DNA from: Octopus sinensis
Lineage: Eukaryota
Length of the DNA: 64,000 nt
Direction of reading: 5' to 3'
Assembly: GCF_006345805.1 (NCBI RefSeq)
Contig: NC_043008.1
Coordinates: 47,306,001-47,370,000 of the forward strand
Below, one piece after another: positions 13,489-25,733 of this stretch. The notes under the pieces are model-generated. The model had not been told where the DNA came from. It did no database searches and saw only the letters and a list, made by a program, of their open reading frames with translations. The translations under genes were made by a program, and so were the position numbers. Each line of letters begins with the position of its first letter. Position 1 is the first letter of the stretch.

Positions 13489-14949
13489 ATATATATATAC
13501 ATACATATTTGTATGCATGGACAATTATTTGTAACTTAAAATCCGTTCTGTCTGTCTCTCTGTGTGTCTCAAATTTGATATGTAGATACCGACGGTATCA
13601 GGGCCTTATAAGTCTTGAACAAATTTACAAAAATCTTTTCCAGGTGAGAATGCGATCGATAAATCCGTGGGAAATCGTTTTTCTTTATTTCCTCTTTTGC
13701 TGGTCTCTGAAATTTAGGTCGAATCAGTGTTTCTCAAAGGGGAGGCCTATGGGACGCTCGGACAATTTGTTTTGAGATAATTTGGTTGAAATGTCTGACA
13801 ACTCAGAACTGTATATTGGACAGGGGGCATTTTGCTTGTATATATATACATATATATACACATATATTTGTGTGCATGTATATATACAATTATCTATTCA
13901 TATGTATTTACACGTTTTTGCATTTGTTTTTTAAGATTCTTGATGTGAAATCGTGTTTTGAAACACACATTATTTTCTTTATGGATGGTCATTTTTTTGC
14001 CAAATAAACACAGGCTCTATATATTCGTTCTTCACTTCAGATTTTCTTTATGGGATGGAGAGTCAGTGACAAGGTCACAGGTTGTGTGACGAAAGATTTC
14101 CAGACAAAGGACATAATATAAGAACAATAATAAAATAAGTCTAAAGTGCAGGGCGAATATGTAGCGCGTGTGTTTATTTAGCAACAGAAAAATGACCGTC
14201 CCGAAATATAACAATCTGTTTGTATGTGCGTATATGTTTGTATGTAATATACTTTGATATTACTCTCGTTGTAATCAGTACAACGTTGATATTCTAGTTT
14301 AGAAAGTAATTGATTAAACTAATGAATCATCGATCTCCAGCAGATGAATAAGTACGATAGTATCAATACTTAATTTCGGAAACCGCTTTGAAGTCTATCT
14401 GCGAGACAGAACATAATTTATTCGAAACCGCAAAGGGTTATGCTCGATTTGATTATACTTCCAACGTTAGGATAATGGAAAATTAAAATAACTTAAAAGT
14501 TTGCCAAAGCTTTGTACAGGCTAGGTTTAATCTTGCTCAACATATGATAGGTCTATAAAATGGAGGACTGCAGCTAATATTTATGAATATTAATAACTCG
14601 ACCTTGCCATGTGAAATATTACTACGTAAAAAAATCTAATAACGTAAAGATATCATGTATAGACTGATTATATTTTACATAGATTTTGGGTTTGTGGTTA
14701 TTTCCGTTCAAAAACAAAGCGTTAATTTGATCACTATGTTGTAAGAACACACACATACAAACATACACACACACATACACACACACACACACAAAACATA
14801 TTCACACGCATATTCACACAAATCTACGAATTTATGGACATATATCGGCATGCGGTTGCGTACATATAGCTATTTATCTATTTGGTTGTGTATTTATCTG
14901 TGTCCATATTATAATATATATATATATAATTATATATATATATATATTT

Positions 14950-16294
14950 ATAATTAATCAATATAGGGTGGCAAGGAAAATTTTGTAGAATTTTATTGCC
15001 ACCAGCGGCAGCCGCCCAGTGGGAAAAAATTAAATAGTCATAGACCATTTTTAAGTTCAACAATAACAATAAGGAACGGCCATAATAGGCCATTCACCCA
15101 CTAGAAATAACAGCCAAAGCTTCTACCGCAAATAAGATTAATTCCGTAAACAGTAGAAAATTAAAAAACATTTACCCTGTGATTTCTTGTACGGTATACC
15201 GTTTCATCCGCTGTTTAATGGTAAACTAACATGATTAAATTAAATCAAGCCAATCTTCCATAAGCCTCGGATTCTTCAGCAAGAAATAGCTCAAGTCGGG
15301 ACAGATATTTACACGAGGCATACCCAATCTTGCCAAGTCAATATCTGACCTAAAATTTTCAAATCGTCGCACTCGCGCCAAATTTATCGGCAGCAAATAA
15401 ATATCAGCCGTCGATTCCATTACGGAATTAACCAAAAATCCATAATTAATCAATATAGGTGGCAAGGAAAATTTTGTAGAATTTTATTGCCACCAGCGGC
15501 CCAGTGGAAAAAATTAAATAGTCATAGACCATTTTTAAGTTCAACAAACAAATTAAGGAACGGCAATAATAGGCCATTCACCCACTAGAAATAACAGCCA
15601 AAGCTTCTACCGCAAATAAAGATAATTCCGTAAACAGTAGAAAATTAAAAAAACATTTACCCTGTGATTTCTTGTATCACAAGAAATCACAGGGTAAATG
15701 TTTTTTTAATTTTCTACTGTTTACGGAATTAATCTTTATTTGCGGTAGAAGCTTGGCTGTTATTTCTAGTGGGTGAAGGCCTATTATGGCCGTTCCTTAA
15801 TTGTTATTGTTGAACTTAAAAATGGTCTATGACTATTTAATTTTTTCCCACTGGGCCGCTGGTGGCAATAAAATTCTACAAATTTTCCTTGCCACCCTAT
15901 ATTGATTAATTATGGATTTTTTGGTTAATTCCGTAATGGAATCGACGGCTGATATTTATTTGCTGCCGAAATTGGCGCGAGTGCGACGATTTGAAAATTT
16001 TAGGTCAGATATTGACTTGGCAAGATTGGGTATGCCTCGTGTAAAATACTGTCCCGACTTGAGCTATTTCTTGCTGAAGAATCCGAGGGCTTATGGAAGA
16101 TTGGCTTGATTTAATTTAATCATGTTAGTTTACCATAAACAGCGGATGAAACGGTATACCGTACAAGAAATCACAGGGTAAATGTTTTTTTAATTTTCTA
16201 CTGTTTACGGAATTAATCTTTATTTGCGGTAGAAGCTTTGGCTGTTATTTCTAGTGGGTGAATGGCCTATTATGGCCGTTCCTTAATTGTTATT
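14950..16294. repeat. 492-bp tandem unit array that switches strand at 15677 (palindrome, arms ~615 bp, 3-nt loop), flanked by (TA)n
   Basis: ATAATTAATCAATATAGG recurs at 14950 and 15442; GATTTCTTGT-ATC-ACAAGAAATC centre; ORFs 15235..15465(-) and 15912..16109(+) mirror each other. Confidence 0.9.
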
Positions 16295-16549
16295 ATATAT
16301 ATATATATATATATATATACGTATATATATATATGTGTGTGTGTGTGTATGTGTGTGTGTGTGTGTGTATACATACATACGTTGTTGAATGCTCGAAATG
16401 AGGAGTAGATAGACAGCCGACAACTAATGCAACTTTATATGTCCTGTTTTCCTATTTTCTCTCGTTGTTTACGCATTTCATGTTATTTACGCCGTTGGTG
16501 ACGTCCAGTACCCATATATGCATATATATGTGTATATACATTATATACT

Positions 16550-17017
16550 GTTAGAGACCTCTTGAGGCAGTCTTTGTAGCGCTTCCTCGGAGCTCCTCTC
16601 ACTCGGTGGCCGATGGAGAGTTCGCCAAACAGAGCAATCTTTGGAAGAGACATGCCCTGCTCATCGGAGGTGGTACTTCAGTAGCGTGGCTTCAATGCTG
16701 GGGATCACGTCACGTTCCAAGACTTCAATGTCAAATTAACCACCAAGGCTGGTCAGACCTGGCTGCGGACCATGATGTCTGGTGCCACACGATCTTCAAC
16801 GCAGTCAGCAAGTTTGAGGAACAAAGAAGAGACGCACTTAAAGACAAGAGACGCAGGAGGAAGGCGCGAGCCGCCTCTGACACCACACCGGATGTTACTG
16901 CTCACGGACACTGCTCACGGACCTACCTTTCCCATATCGGACTTGTTAGTCATGAGCGTGCATGCACGCGACGTGGACAGCCTTCCTGATCTTCGTTCGC
17001 GAAGCCAAGCCATGATG
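16550..17017 (+). mobile_element. 5'-truncated RTE (BovB-like) LINE with inverted 5' segment; TSD ACATTATATACT
   Basis: 16729-17017(+) encodes CQINHQGWSDLAAD...GHCSRTYLSHIGLVSHERAC with a TGATGA tail; 16549-16730(-) encodes the adjacent upstream IEVLER..SIEATLLK..LR*AGHV..LPKIALFGEL..GAPRKRYKDCLKRSLT; TSD at 16538-16549 and 17018-17029. Confidence 0.9.
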
Positions 17018-17071
17018 ACATTATATACTATTTATTACTTATTTAATTGAACGCGATGCATCCATTTCCCA

Positions 17072-17114
<43 letters not shown>

Positions 17115-17171
17115 ATATTATATATATATATATATCATCTGTGTGTGTGTGTATGTATATGTATAAATATA

Positions 17172-17610
17172 CACGGTGCGAGGGGTATTTGAGGACAATT
17201 CATTGTTAGTTCATTACACCTTTTTTTTAGTTAATGCAACATTTAAAAAATATTTGGGGGTGGGATCGATAACCCCTTCAAGATGTCATGCTAACTCAAG
17301 GAATAAAAAGGCGTGCAGTCACAGTTGCTATACATGCAAACCACAGTGATTTAGAAATTAGCAACTTTCTAAATGGTTCAAGACCATTTGTGAACAAAGT
17401 TCGATTGGAATTGGTGACATATGATGGTAATGGTTCACCTGTATCAAAGAGAAAAAAAAACATTCACAATGTCCAGACACTAAATGGACATCGGAATTTA
17501 TAGATTTTTAAACCATTATCGATGAAAACCCCAGAAGATCAATGAGGTCCATTGCTGAAGACCTTCGGGTGTCAGAGTGAAATATCAGAACCGTGGTAGA
17601 TCGTAATCTA
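17172..17610 (+). mobile_element. maT/DD37D-like transposon 5' fragment
   Basis: KRRAVTVAIHANHSDLEISNFL..SRPFVNKVRLEL...SPVSKRKKHSQ...IIDENPRRSMRSIAEDLRVSE, typical maT transposase N-terminus; starts after TA. Confidence 0.75.
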
Positions 17611-17701
17611 TGGTAGCAAATAACGGTGCCCCAGCATGGCCACAGCCCTTCAGCTGAAACTAGGAAAAATATATATGCACACCCACATATATATATTATA
17701 C

Positions 17702-17739
<38 letters not shown>

Positions 17740-17743
<4 letters not shown>

Positions 17744-18040
17744 GGAACAAAAACGCAATTTGATAACAATAAAACATCCGGACAGATAGACGATGCAAAG
17801 GTGAACAGGAAAAACAACAATTAGGGGAAAAAAGAACGGGTCATTCGTGGCTTTCTTTCGTCAGTCAAGTTATCAGATTTTGTTACTGTTTCGGACAGTT
17901 ACCCTTGCGACTGTTCGATGTGGTTGACCCCCCCCCCCGCCCCAAAAAAGGCTAAGCTAAGAGCATTATATTTGTTGTAAGAAACCTACCGAATGTTTTC
18001 GATAACAAAGACAAAATAGGAGAACCAAATCCTTCGGTCT
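17740..18040 (-). mobile_element. unclassified dispersed repeat, related copy at ~36440-36680(+)
   Basis: Shared CTTGACTGANGA...GAATGACCCGT...GTATCGTCTAT...GATGTTTT...GCGTT..TGT.CCATT, ending at (TA)n. Confidence 0.5.
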
Positions 18041-18044
18041 GCCG

Positions 18045-18285
18045 CTTTCTCTATTGCGACGTACGACTGTATTTGTGCGTCTGAGTTTCTGACCCCACCA
18101 CAACTATTGCTTGATAACAGATGTTGGTGTGTTTACGTACCTGTAACATAGCGGTTCGGCAAAAGTAACCGATAGAGTAAGTACTAGGCTTACAAAGAAT
18201 AAGTCCTGGGGTCGATGTGTTCGTCCAAAGTCGTTGCTCCCGCATGGCCGCAGTCAAATGACTGAAAAAGTGAATGAAAAATAAC
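18045..18285 (+). mobile_element. SINE family C tail
   Basis: GCGGTTCGGCAAAAG...TAAGTACTAGGCTTACAAAGAATAAGTCCTGGGGTCGAT...GCAGTCAAATGACTGAAA, shared with 36900-37100 and 32520-32735. Confidence 0.75.
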
Positions 18286-18290
18286 TTATA

Positions 18291-18328
<38 letters not shown>

Positions 18329-19639
18329 AAGAGTGTATTTCAATATTGTAAACCGAAAGATTGCATTGGAATTTGATTTATCTGTTTACTGTTTTAGCGT
18401 TTTCTTTTTATTCTGCCTCAGATTTAGGGCAGATCAATTATTTGTATCATCAGACAGACTCGGAAGATTTACTACGTGAGCAGTTTGATGTGTATTATTA
18501 GCAGTTTGGGGGCGAAAGGATACTATTGTACTTTTGTTATTTTTCCCTTTGTTTTGTGTCTTCATTTCCGAATAAAGTTGCAGCTCTCTTCACATCCATT
18601 CTCTGCTTTTATTACTTTCCCGTTTCCTTCTGACTTTTAAAATGTCTCTCTTGTTTTTCTTACATTCTTTCAAACGTTATGTTCTTCTTAATAGTCAGGC
18701 GTACATTTCTTTTCTTCCTTTTTTTTCTTTTACTTCTCATATTGTATTATTACTCCTTTTTACACAGAGACTTACTAATCTCTCTCTCTCTCTCTTCTCT
18801 TTCATTTTGATCTGTTCCGTATGTATGAGATTTAATTGTTAATCAACTCATCCTACATTTTTGCAGAATGTTCGTATTTCTGCCAATAAATTTCGATCTT
18901 ATTGGCATAAATAGCCATCGATTTAATTTTTTTTTCTATAAATCGGTACCCAATTTGCAACTATATGATTGTGTCGAAATATCATTGCACGGTGACTAAC
19001 AATTGTTTACTGCCAGTCGAATGAAATCGTATCTCTGGCAGCGACTAATCGACATCTGCTCTACTACCCTTCAAATATTTATCACTGGTAGAATGCCGAT
19101 TTATGAAACAAATCAGATTCTGAAATATAATGATTAATGAATGTCACAAACGCCGGAAAGTTCGACTGCCAATGTTTATATTTCAGTAGTATAATTTCTC
19201 ATGGTGGAGGAAAACGTGTCTTCTTACGCCATAATTATCGGAAAGTATTATCTCTGGGCTTCACGTCAGTCTACAAAACAGCCGTCAATGGTAAGCTATT
19301 ATTAAGTACTACAACAGTTAATAGTAAAATTTTACCCATGTAATGTGCGTCATTTATTGTATTTTATGAATCTTATTAGATATTTAGTGTATTGGCAAGA
19401 CATAATTGAAATATATAACACACAAAATATATGTTGTCGTTAACGGTAGAGTAGAAATCATTTACTTTATGTCTCTTTTTTTTTTCATGTAGAAATAACA
19501 AATATGTTATTAGAATGGCATGAATTGAACAGGTTCTAATTCTAGTTTTGAGGAAAACATCCACTCGTTATTTCTTTTTCCGTGTATTACATGAAGTTTC
19601 GATTTTTTCCTTCGCTATTTCCATAGTAATGTTTCAAAT

Positions 19640-19855
19640 TTTGGCAGAATCCCAGCAATTTCAGGGTTTCAAGGGGAGGATTTTGTCGATTCCTTCAGAT
19701 CGCTCGCTTGACTGATGCTTTATTCTGTTGACTCTGAAAGGATAAAAAGAATAAATAACCTCGGTAAGTTCTGAAATCGGAACGTAAAGCCAGAAGAAAT
19801 GTCAAGCATTTCGTCCGGCGTCCGAATGATTTCCACAGATGCCGTCTTTGCAACT
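19640..19855 (-). mobile_element. old SINE family A-like copy
   Basis: GACTCTGAAAGGATAAAA...AAGCATTTCGTCCGGCG remnants. Confidence 0.5.
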
Positions 19856-20332
19856 TGCGTAATACCAACTGCGTTAGGATAAGTCATAATTTTATGCAAA
19901 TGTTTCGTGTTATTTGTTGTTAGTTTGCAGGTACAGAGTGTCTGTAATTATTTGAGATGACACACACAGCAGCCAGTTATCACATTCGTGTACAGAAGAG
20001 ATAAGAATAGTTAGGATATTTCTGAAGAAACAACAACATTGAAATGTTTGGCGGGGAAAAGTTCTGACTACACCGGTTGTAGTCTGAGTGGATTCACGTT
20101 ACGTCAAATAAATCAAGATAAGTCTCAACTAAAAGAACATTGAGAAAATAGATTTCGAAACGGCATTTTTGATGGGTCACCGCACGTTTTCATCTTTCCC
20201 GATGGGAATTTTAGATTTTAAGGAGTTTTTTCTTTCGCTTATAACTCTAACAAGCAATTCGTCCGGGTTGTTAAATCCTTATTGGCCAGCAATACGGGAA
20301 AATATCATAATTGGAACGAGATCTGTGTGTGT

Positions 20333-20379
<47 letters not shown>

Positions 20380-20462
20380 TGTGTGTGTGCAGATTCAATA
20401 TGTCAAAAGATGTACCAGTAATATCTCATTTACCTCTCTTTTATATTAGAAGTGATGTGAAG

Positions 20463-20688
20463 ACGACGAGTTGGCAGAATCGTTAGCATGGCAGGTAAAA
20501 TGCTTGGCAGCATTACGTCCGTCTTGACGTTCTCAGATCAAACTCTGTCCAGGCCGACTTTACCTTCCATCAGAGTTGAAAAAAGAGGTACCAGTTGAGC
20601 AATGGTCTATTCAATTCACTTCTTCCCCCAAAACTTGAAGGTTTTGTGCTAAGATTTGAAACTAATAGTACAGCGCTCCCTTGATTGA
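20463..20688 (+). mobile_element. old SINE family A-like copy
   Basis: GAGTTGGCAGAATCGTTAGCA...CCGACTTTACCTTCCATC...GTACCAGTTGAG. Confidence 0.7.
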
Positions 20689-21589
20689 CAGGCGGGAGTT
20701 ACGACGCTTTGTAAAAGCTCATAGAGATTTCCTTAGACGTTCACCTATTTCAGGATGGCTAGCTTTACAAGTTGCTTGGTGAGTGGCTGTATGGTTCTTG
20801 CTTCATGATTACTTATTTAGCTACATATTCTGTATTTCCCAGGGAAATGAAGTTTGAATATAGAATGCACGGATTAACAGAAACATTTAAGTGTTCTATT
20901 CATTGCAGAGAAACAATTCTGGGTCCACGTAGAAAAGACATGTTTAAATGTCTATTGATAAGGTAACTTCTCAGTGGTTTGAAGTTTCGTGTTACATGGC
21001 AGCTAGTTTCTGCGGATAAGACTTTTGCAGCTAAACCATATCATAAACCTCCAAGAATTAGATTTCATTAACCATCCATATTTTAATTAAAAAAATCCCA
21101 TCACTGAACACACATTCTAAAATTAACATTGTCTGAGAAACTTTGGTAGAAATATATTATAATCAAAGAAGGTCGCATCATTTCAGTAAACAAGAGGTCA
21201 ATAATTTGCTACGTAATGTATAAAAAAGTATTCCCATCTTAAACCCAAGTGTTAACGTTTTATAATAGAAATCTTAAAACTGCAGTCTTTTATGTTTGTT
21301 TTTGTTTTTCTTTTGTGTAGAGTTCTTGCCTCCAGCCTCCGCATTTCACTCAAAATTGCTCGTGCAGATTTCGAAAGCGTTTCTTTACGAAAATATTCAC
21401 AGTGTAAATAATCTTAAAGATAAAACCAGAAATATCACCGGATGTTTTTTGCTCGTTCCTTTTTTATCCTACTTTTACGCTTCATTGCTTCGGTTTATAA
21501 TGTATTCATTACCGTAACTGCTACTTCCGTCAATAAAGCATTTTCGAAATACATTCCTATGTTAATGATTCTTTTTATATATATATATT

Positions 21590-21870
21590 TCTTACATGTA
21601 GAGCCGATAATGAACCATTTCTATATTCAAAAGTTTAACAGTTCAGAAATTCTTTTGTAGAGCCCTTTTATTATTATCATATGCAAAACTTCGGATTTTT
21701 ATAGCTTAATATATGTAAAGCATAGGCAATATGGGATTCCCTAGAAACACGATAGCAACAAATGTTCGTCTAAATCAATAGCATATGTGTTCATCGGAGT
21801 GAAACTTAAGGTTACATATTCTTTAGCACGAATCTCCCTTTAAAATTAGTAACGCATTTCCGCATCCATA
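21590..21870 (-). repeat. old duplicated segment, paralogous to 27320-27580
   Basis: About 70% identity by eye, e.g. GCAATATGGGATTCCCTAGAAACACGAT vs GCAATATGAGATTCCCTAGAAACATGAT. Confidence 0.8.
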
Positions 21871-22063
21871 CACACGTTTTTATAGACATACGCACAGACA
21901 CACGCATGCATGTAATATTTTTACAAGAAAACGTTCAACAGTAACTTCGAAGTTTCAGGTCACCTACTGTCATCAACCTTCCTCGCGAAAATATCATAAA
22001 TGCGTTGTTCCACTTAAACATATTGGGTGAATGTCCATATATAAATGCTTGTATGCATATATC

Positions 22064-22106
22064 TCTACGTACATATCCGTACGTATATACAGGTACATAC
22101 AAATAT

Positions 22107-22141
<35 letters not shown>

Positions 22142-22176
22142 TTGTATGTACCTGTATATACGTACGGATATGTACG

Positions 22177-22180
<4 letters not shown>
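22064..22180. repeat. perfect 40-bp inverted repeat around (TA)n
   Basis: TCTACGTACATATCCGTACGTATATACAGGTACATACAAA ... TTTGTATGTACCTGTATATACGTACGGATATGTACGTAGA. Confidence 0.9.
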
Positions 22181-22227
<47 letters not shown>

Positions 22228-23209
22228 TATATATATCTATATATATATATATATATATATATAAATATATACATATCAATATAAGTATATATATATGCAT
22301 ATTTATATACTCATTTATCTGTGCATATTTGTGTTTGTGTGTGTATGCTTCAGTATATATATATATATATATATAATATATATATATAAACCAGCTTAGA
22401 GAAGAAGAAGAAACGAAACGAAACCAAACGAATCGAATCGAATCGACGCGAAGGCGCTCAGTATTACAATAGTGTAATAAATAAAATATATGCATACATA
22501 CAAACATATATGTACGTACCTACATCTACATGTATATATACATGCATATATAAATATATATACGTGTGTACAGGACACCACAAATAGACGTAGAACTCAA
22601 CGAGAAACGAAAACGTAAAAACAGCATGGAACGAAAAAAAACAGAGTACAAGACAACTACTCAAGGAAAAATCCCCTTCATCAGCCGTCCCTAGTTCAAC
22701 TCCAGCGTGTTTCAAAGGTGAGGACAGAACACGTCTCGTCGAAATAATCCTTCCTGCGAAGGAACTAAATAAAATTCCTTTGCAGAGGGGTAAAAACAAG
22801 GGAAAAAATGTGACAAAAACAGGACGTAAAAACAATACAATTAAAAACAAATACAAAATAAAAATACAATTACAAAAAGTACAGTACAAGAAGGAATAGA
22901 AACAGGACAGGAAAACAAATAAAGAGAGCCTATAAGCCTAGACGAGGAAAAAAATTTTTCACGAGCGCAGGAAGAAACATGTTTACTTGAATAAGGCTGC
23001 CAGCGAAAGGAAGTTGGTTGACCCGGCTGTGAGAGAGATGAGGAGGGTTGAGAGAGAGAGATAGAGAGGAAGGAAGCAAAAGAGGGTGAAAGAAAGAGAG
23101 AAGAAGGAGTTATAGGGTTTCGCGTCATAATTATATATAAAAACTAGCTTAGAGAAGAAGAAACAAAGCGAAACCAAACGAATCGAATATATATATATAT
23201 ATATATATA

Positions 23210-23244
<35 letters not shown>

Positions 23245-23964
23245 ATATATATATATATATATTATATATATATATATTTATTTATATATACTTGAGTGTA
23301 TGTACATATATATATATATATATGTACATGTACCGCAGACCATTGAATTACTAGCTAACTTCGTTTTCCCAAATGGAATTGTAAACGGGTAGTACAATGA
23401 TAACAATCTTACAACCTTACAACAACACAGAGTACTATTGGAGCTGACAGTTGTATATGTACATAAACCTTTTGAGCTGTTCTCTTCACATAAACTGGCG
23501 TGGAGGACAACCTGGACAATTTGCGCACACCTGTCATGCAGAATTCAAACATCGGCAGTTTAGAATAATTGCAGATATTTCTATGAAAGATTATTGAATA
23601 TTTCTCCAACTGCAGGTTATTGTTCATAATTAGAAAACCTACTTTCACTACTATTTAATATGAGCTGCTCGCAGTTAACAGAGATAACGTCGAATGCCTT
23701 CAGTATATCTTGCGCGTTATCATGAAATCTCTAGTTTGGTTTGGAAATTCTTCACTGGAACTAATTAACCATAAAGTAATTGCTTGAGAATTATGAATTC
23801 GTCAAGACCAATCGCATGCCGAACCCATCACATATATTGAGTGATACGGCAAGCTGTGTTGTTTGAAACAGCACCCTTCTTAGAATGTCTTCGTCAAATT
23901 TAAAGTATTTCACAATTTTAAGTGCATGTGAAAAGAAAACATGCGTAAGTTATATGCACTCATG

Positions 23965-24085
<121 letters not shown>

Positions 24086-25030
24086 ATAGATGGAGATATA
24101 TAAAATGACGAACGTACGTACGAAACCTTACACGAATACCCATGCTATATTACACTCTTATATTTAGATTTTGCATGCTTGGCTAAGCATAAAGCTGTGA
24201 ATATTTGCAGAAAGAGATAACGCAGAAAAGCGGCCTAATAAATCGAAATAATGATAAAAATATAAACTTTTGATATTTGAAATCTTTCATAGAGTTTGTT
24301 TCAATTATTTTATAATTTCTATATCTATAGAAATATTTGTACACCCACTTTTCAGATGAAGTTATTGAAATACCAAAACCAGTCAAAATATAGCGCTTAT
24401 ACACCAGAAAAGGACAACCAAGCAAAAAGAAGATAACCAATAAAAATATAAAGAAAATAAAAATCTGAAAAATTGTCTTAGTTTTGGACTAAAAATGTGA
24501 TAGGGAAATAAATACAAAAATAAATCCGGTTGACATGGCACGATACCTCTAGTTCAAAGGTTTCAGTCTACAAATACATTAGAAGAATTAAAAGCATTAA
24601 CACACATCAGCGCCAAGTACAAGATTATTTTGGCCCTGACATAACTGCTGTCGTTAGAGTAGACTTCATACGGTAAGAAGTGCTGTTGTTAACGCTTACT
24701 TCGTCTCCTAGATGAAGACATTACATACGATTGGTAGAATTCAACACCAACACACCCTCATACACACAACACCCCCCATACACACAACGCACCCCATACA
24801 CACAACACCCCCCCATACACACAATCCCCACAGAGTTGTAACCCATATACTCATGCGTAACTAAGTATATGAACTTCTTAATCAGAGAACACACATAAAC
24901 AAGCAATATACCCGACTATATACATACGAATAAACACGAAGACAACATATAAAATGCGCAAAATTACATCGTAGAAACAAATTTAGGGACTTGAAATATC
25001 AATAATTTTTTGGTGGGTCTTATTTTAATT

Positions 25031-25351
25031 AAAGACTCCGCCGGTTACGACGACGAGGGTCCCAGCTGATACGATCAACGGAACAGCTTGCTCGTGAAAT
25101 TAACGTGCAAATGGCTGAGCATTCCACAGACACGTGTACCCTTAACGTAGTTCTCGGAGATAATCAGCGTGACACAGAGAGTGACAAGGCTGACCCTTTG
25201 AAATACAAGTACAACTCATTTTTGCCAGCTGAGTGGACTGGAGCAACGTGAAATAAAGTGTCTTGCTCAAGGACACAACGCGTCGCCGGGAATCGAACTC
25301 ACAACCTTACGATCATGAGCCGAATGCCCTAACCACTAAGCCACGCGCCCT
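25031..25351 (-). mobile_element. SINE family B, full length
   Basis: Reverse complement of head GGCGCGTGGCTTAGTGGTTAGGGC, box B, CORE-like GTGTCCTTGAGCAAGACAC and tail. Confidence 0.85.
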
Positions 25352-25428
25352 CACCTTTATTTTAATTACAAACACGTACACACACACATACACACACACA
25401 CGCACACACGCACATATAAACATGTTGG

Positions 25429-25493
<65 letters not shown>

Positions 25494-25659
25494 TATATAT
25501 ATAGATATATATAATATATATATATATATTAAATATTAGGGAATTGTAGTGGCGAATTTAATTTTATTTAATTTATATTAAATTTTTTATGTACTGGATT
25601 AAGTCTTTCTTTGTTTGATTGCAAAGTAGTGGTTTTGTCTCTAATTAATATTATATATA

Positions 25660-25733
25660 TGACTTTTATGACCAGCTGCCGTCATATATATATATATATA
25701 TATATATATGTTGGCAGCTGGTCATAAAAGTCA
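25660..25733. repeat. perfect 21-bp inverted repeat around (TA)n
   Basis: TGACTTTTATGACCAGCTGCC ... GGCAGCTGGTCATAAAAGTCA. Confidence 0.9.

Noticed and set aside
22655-22695. Minus-strand CTGATGA-AGGGA..TCCTT-GAGT hammerhead-like motif
   Set aside because: The GAAA core is not intact; at most a decayed remnant.
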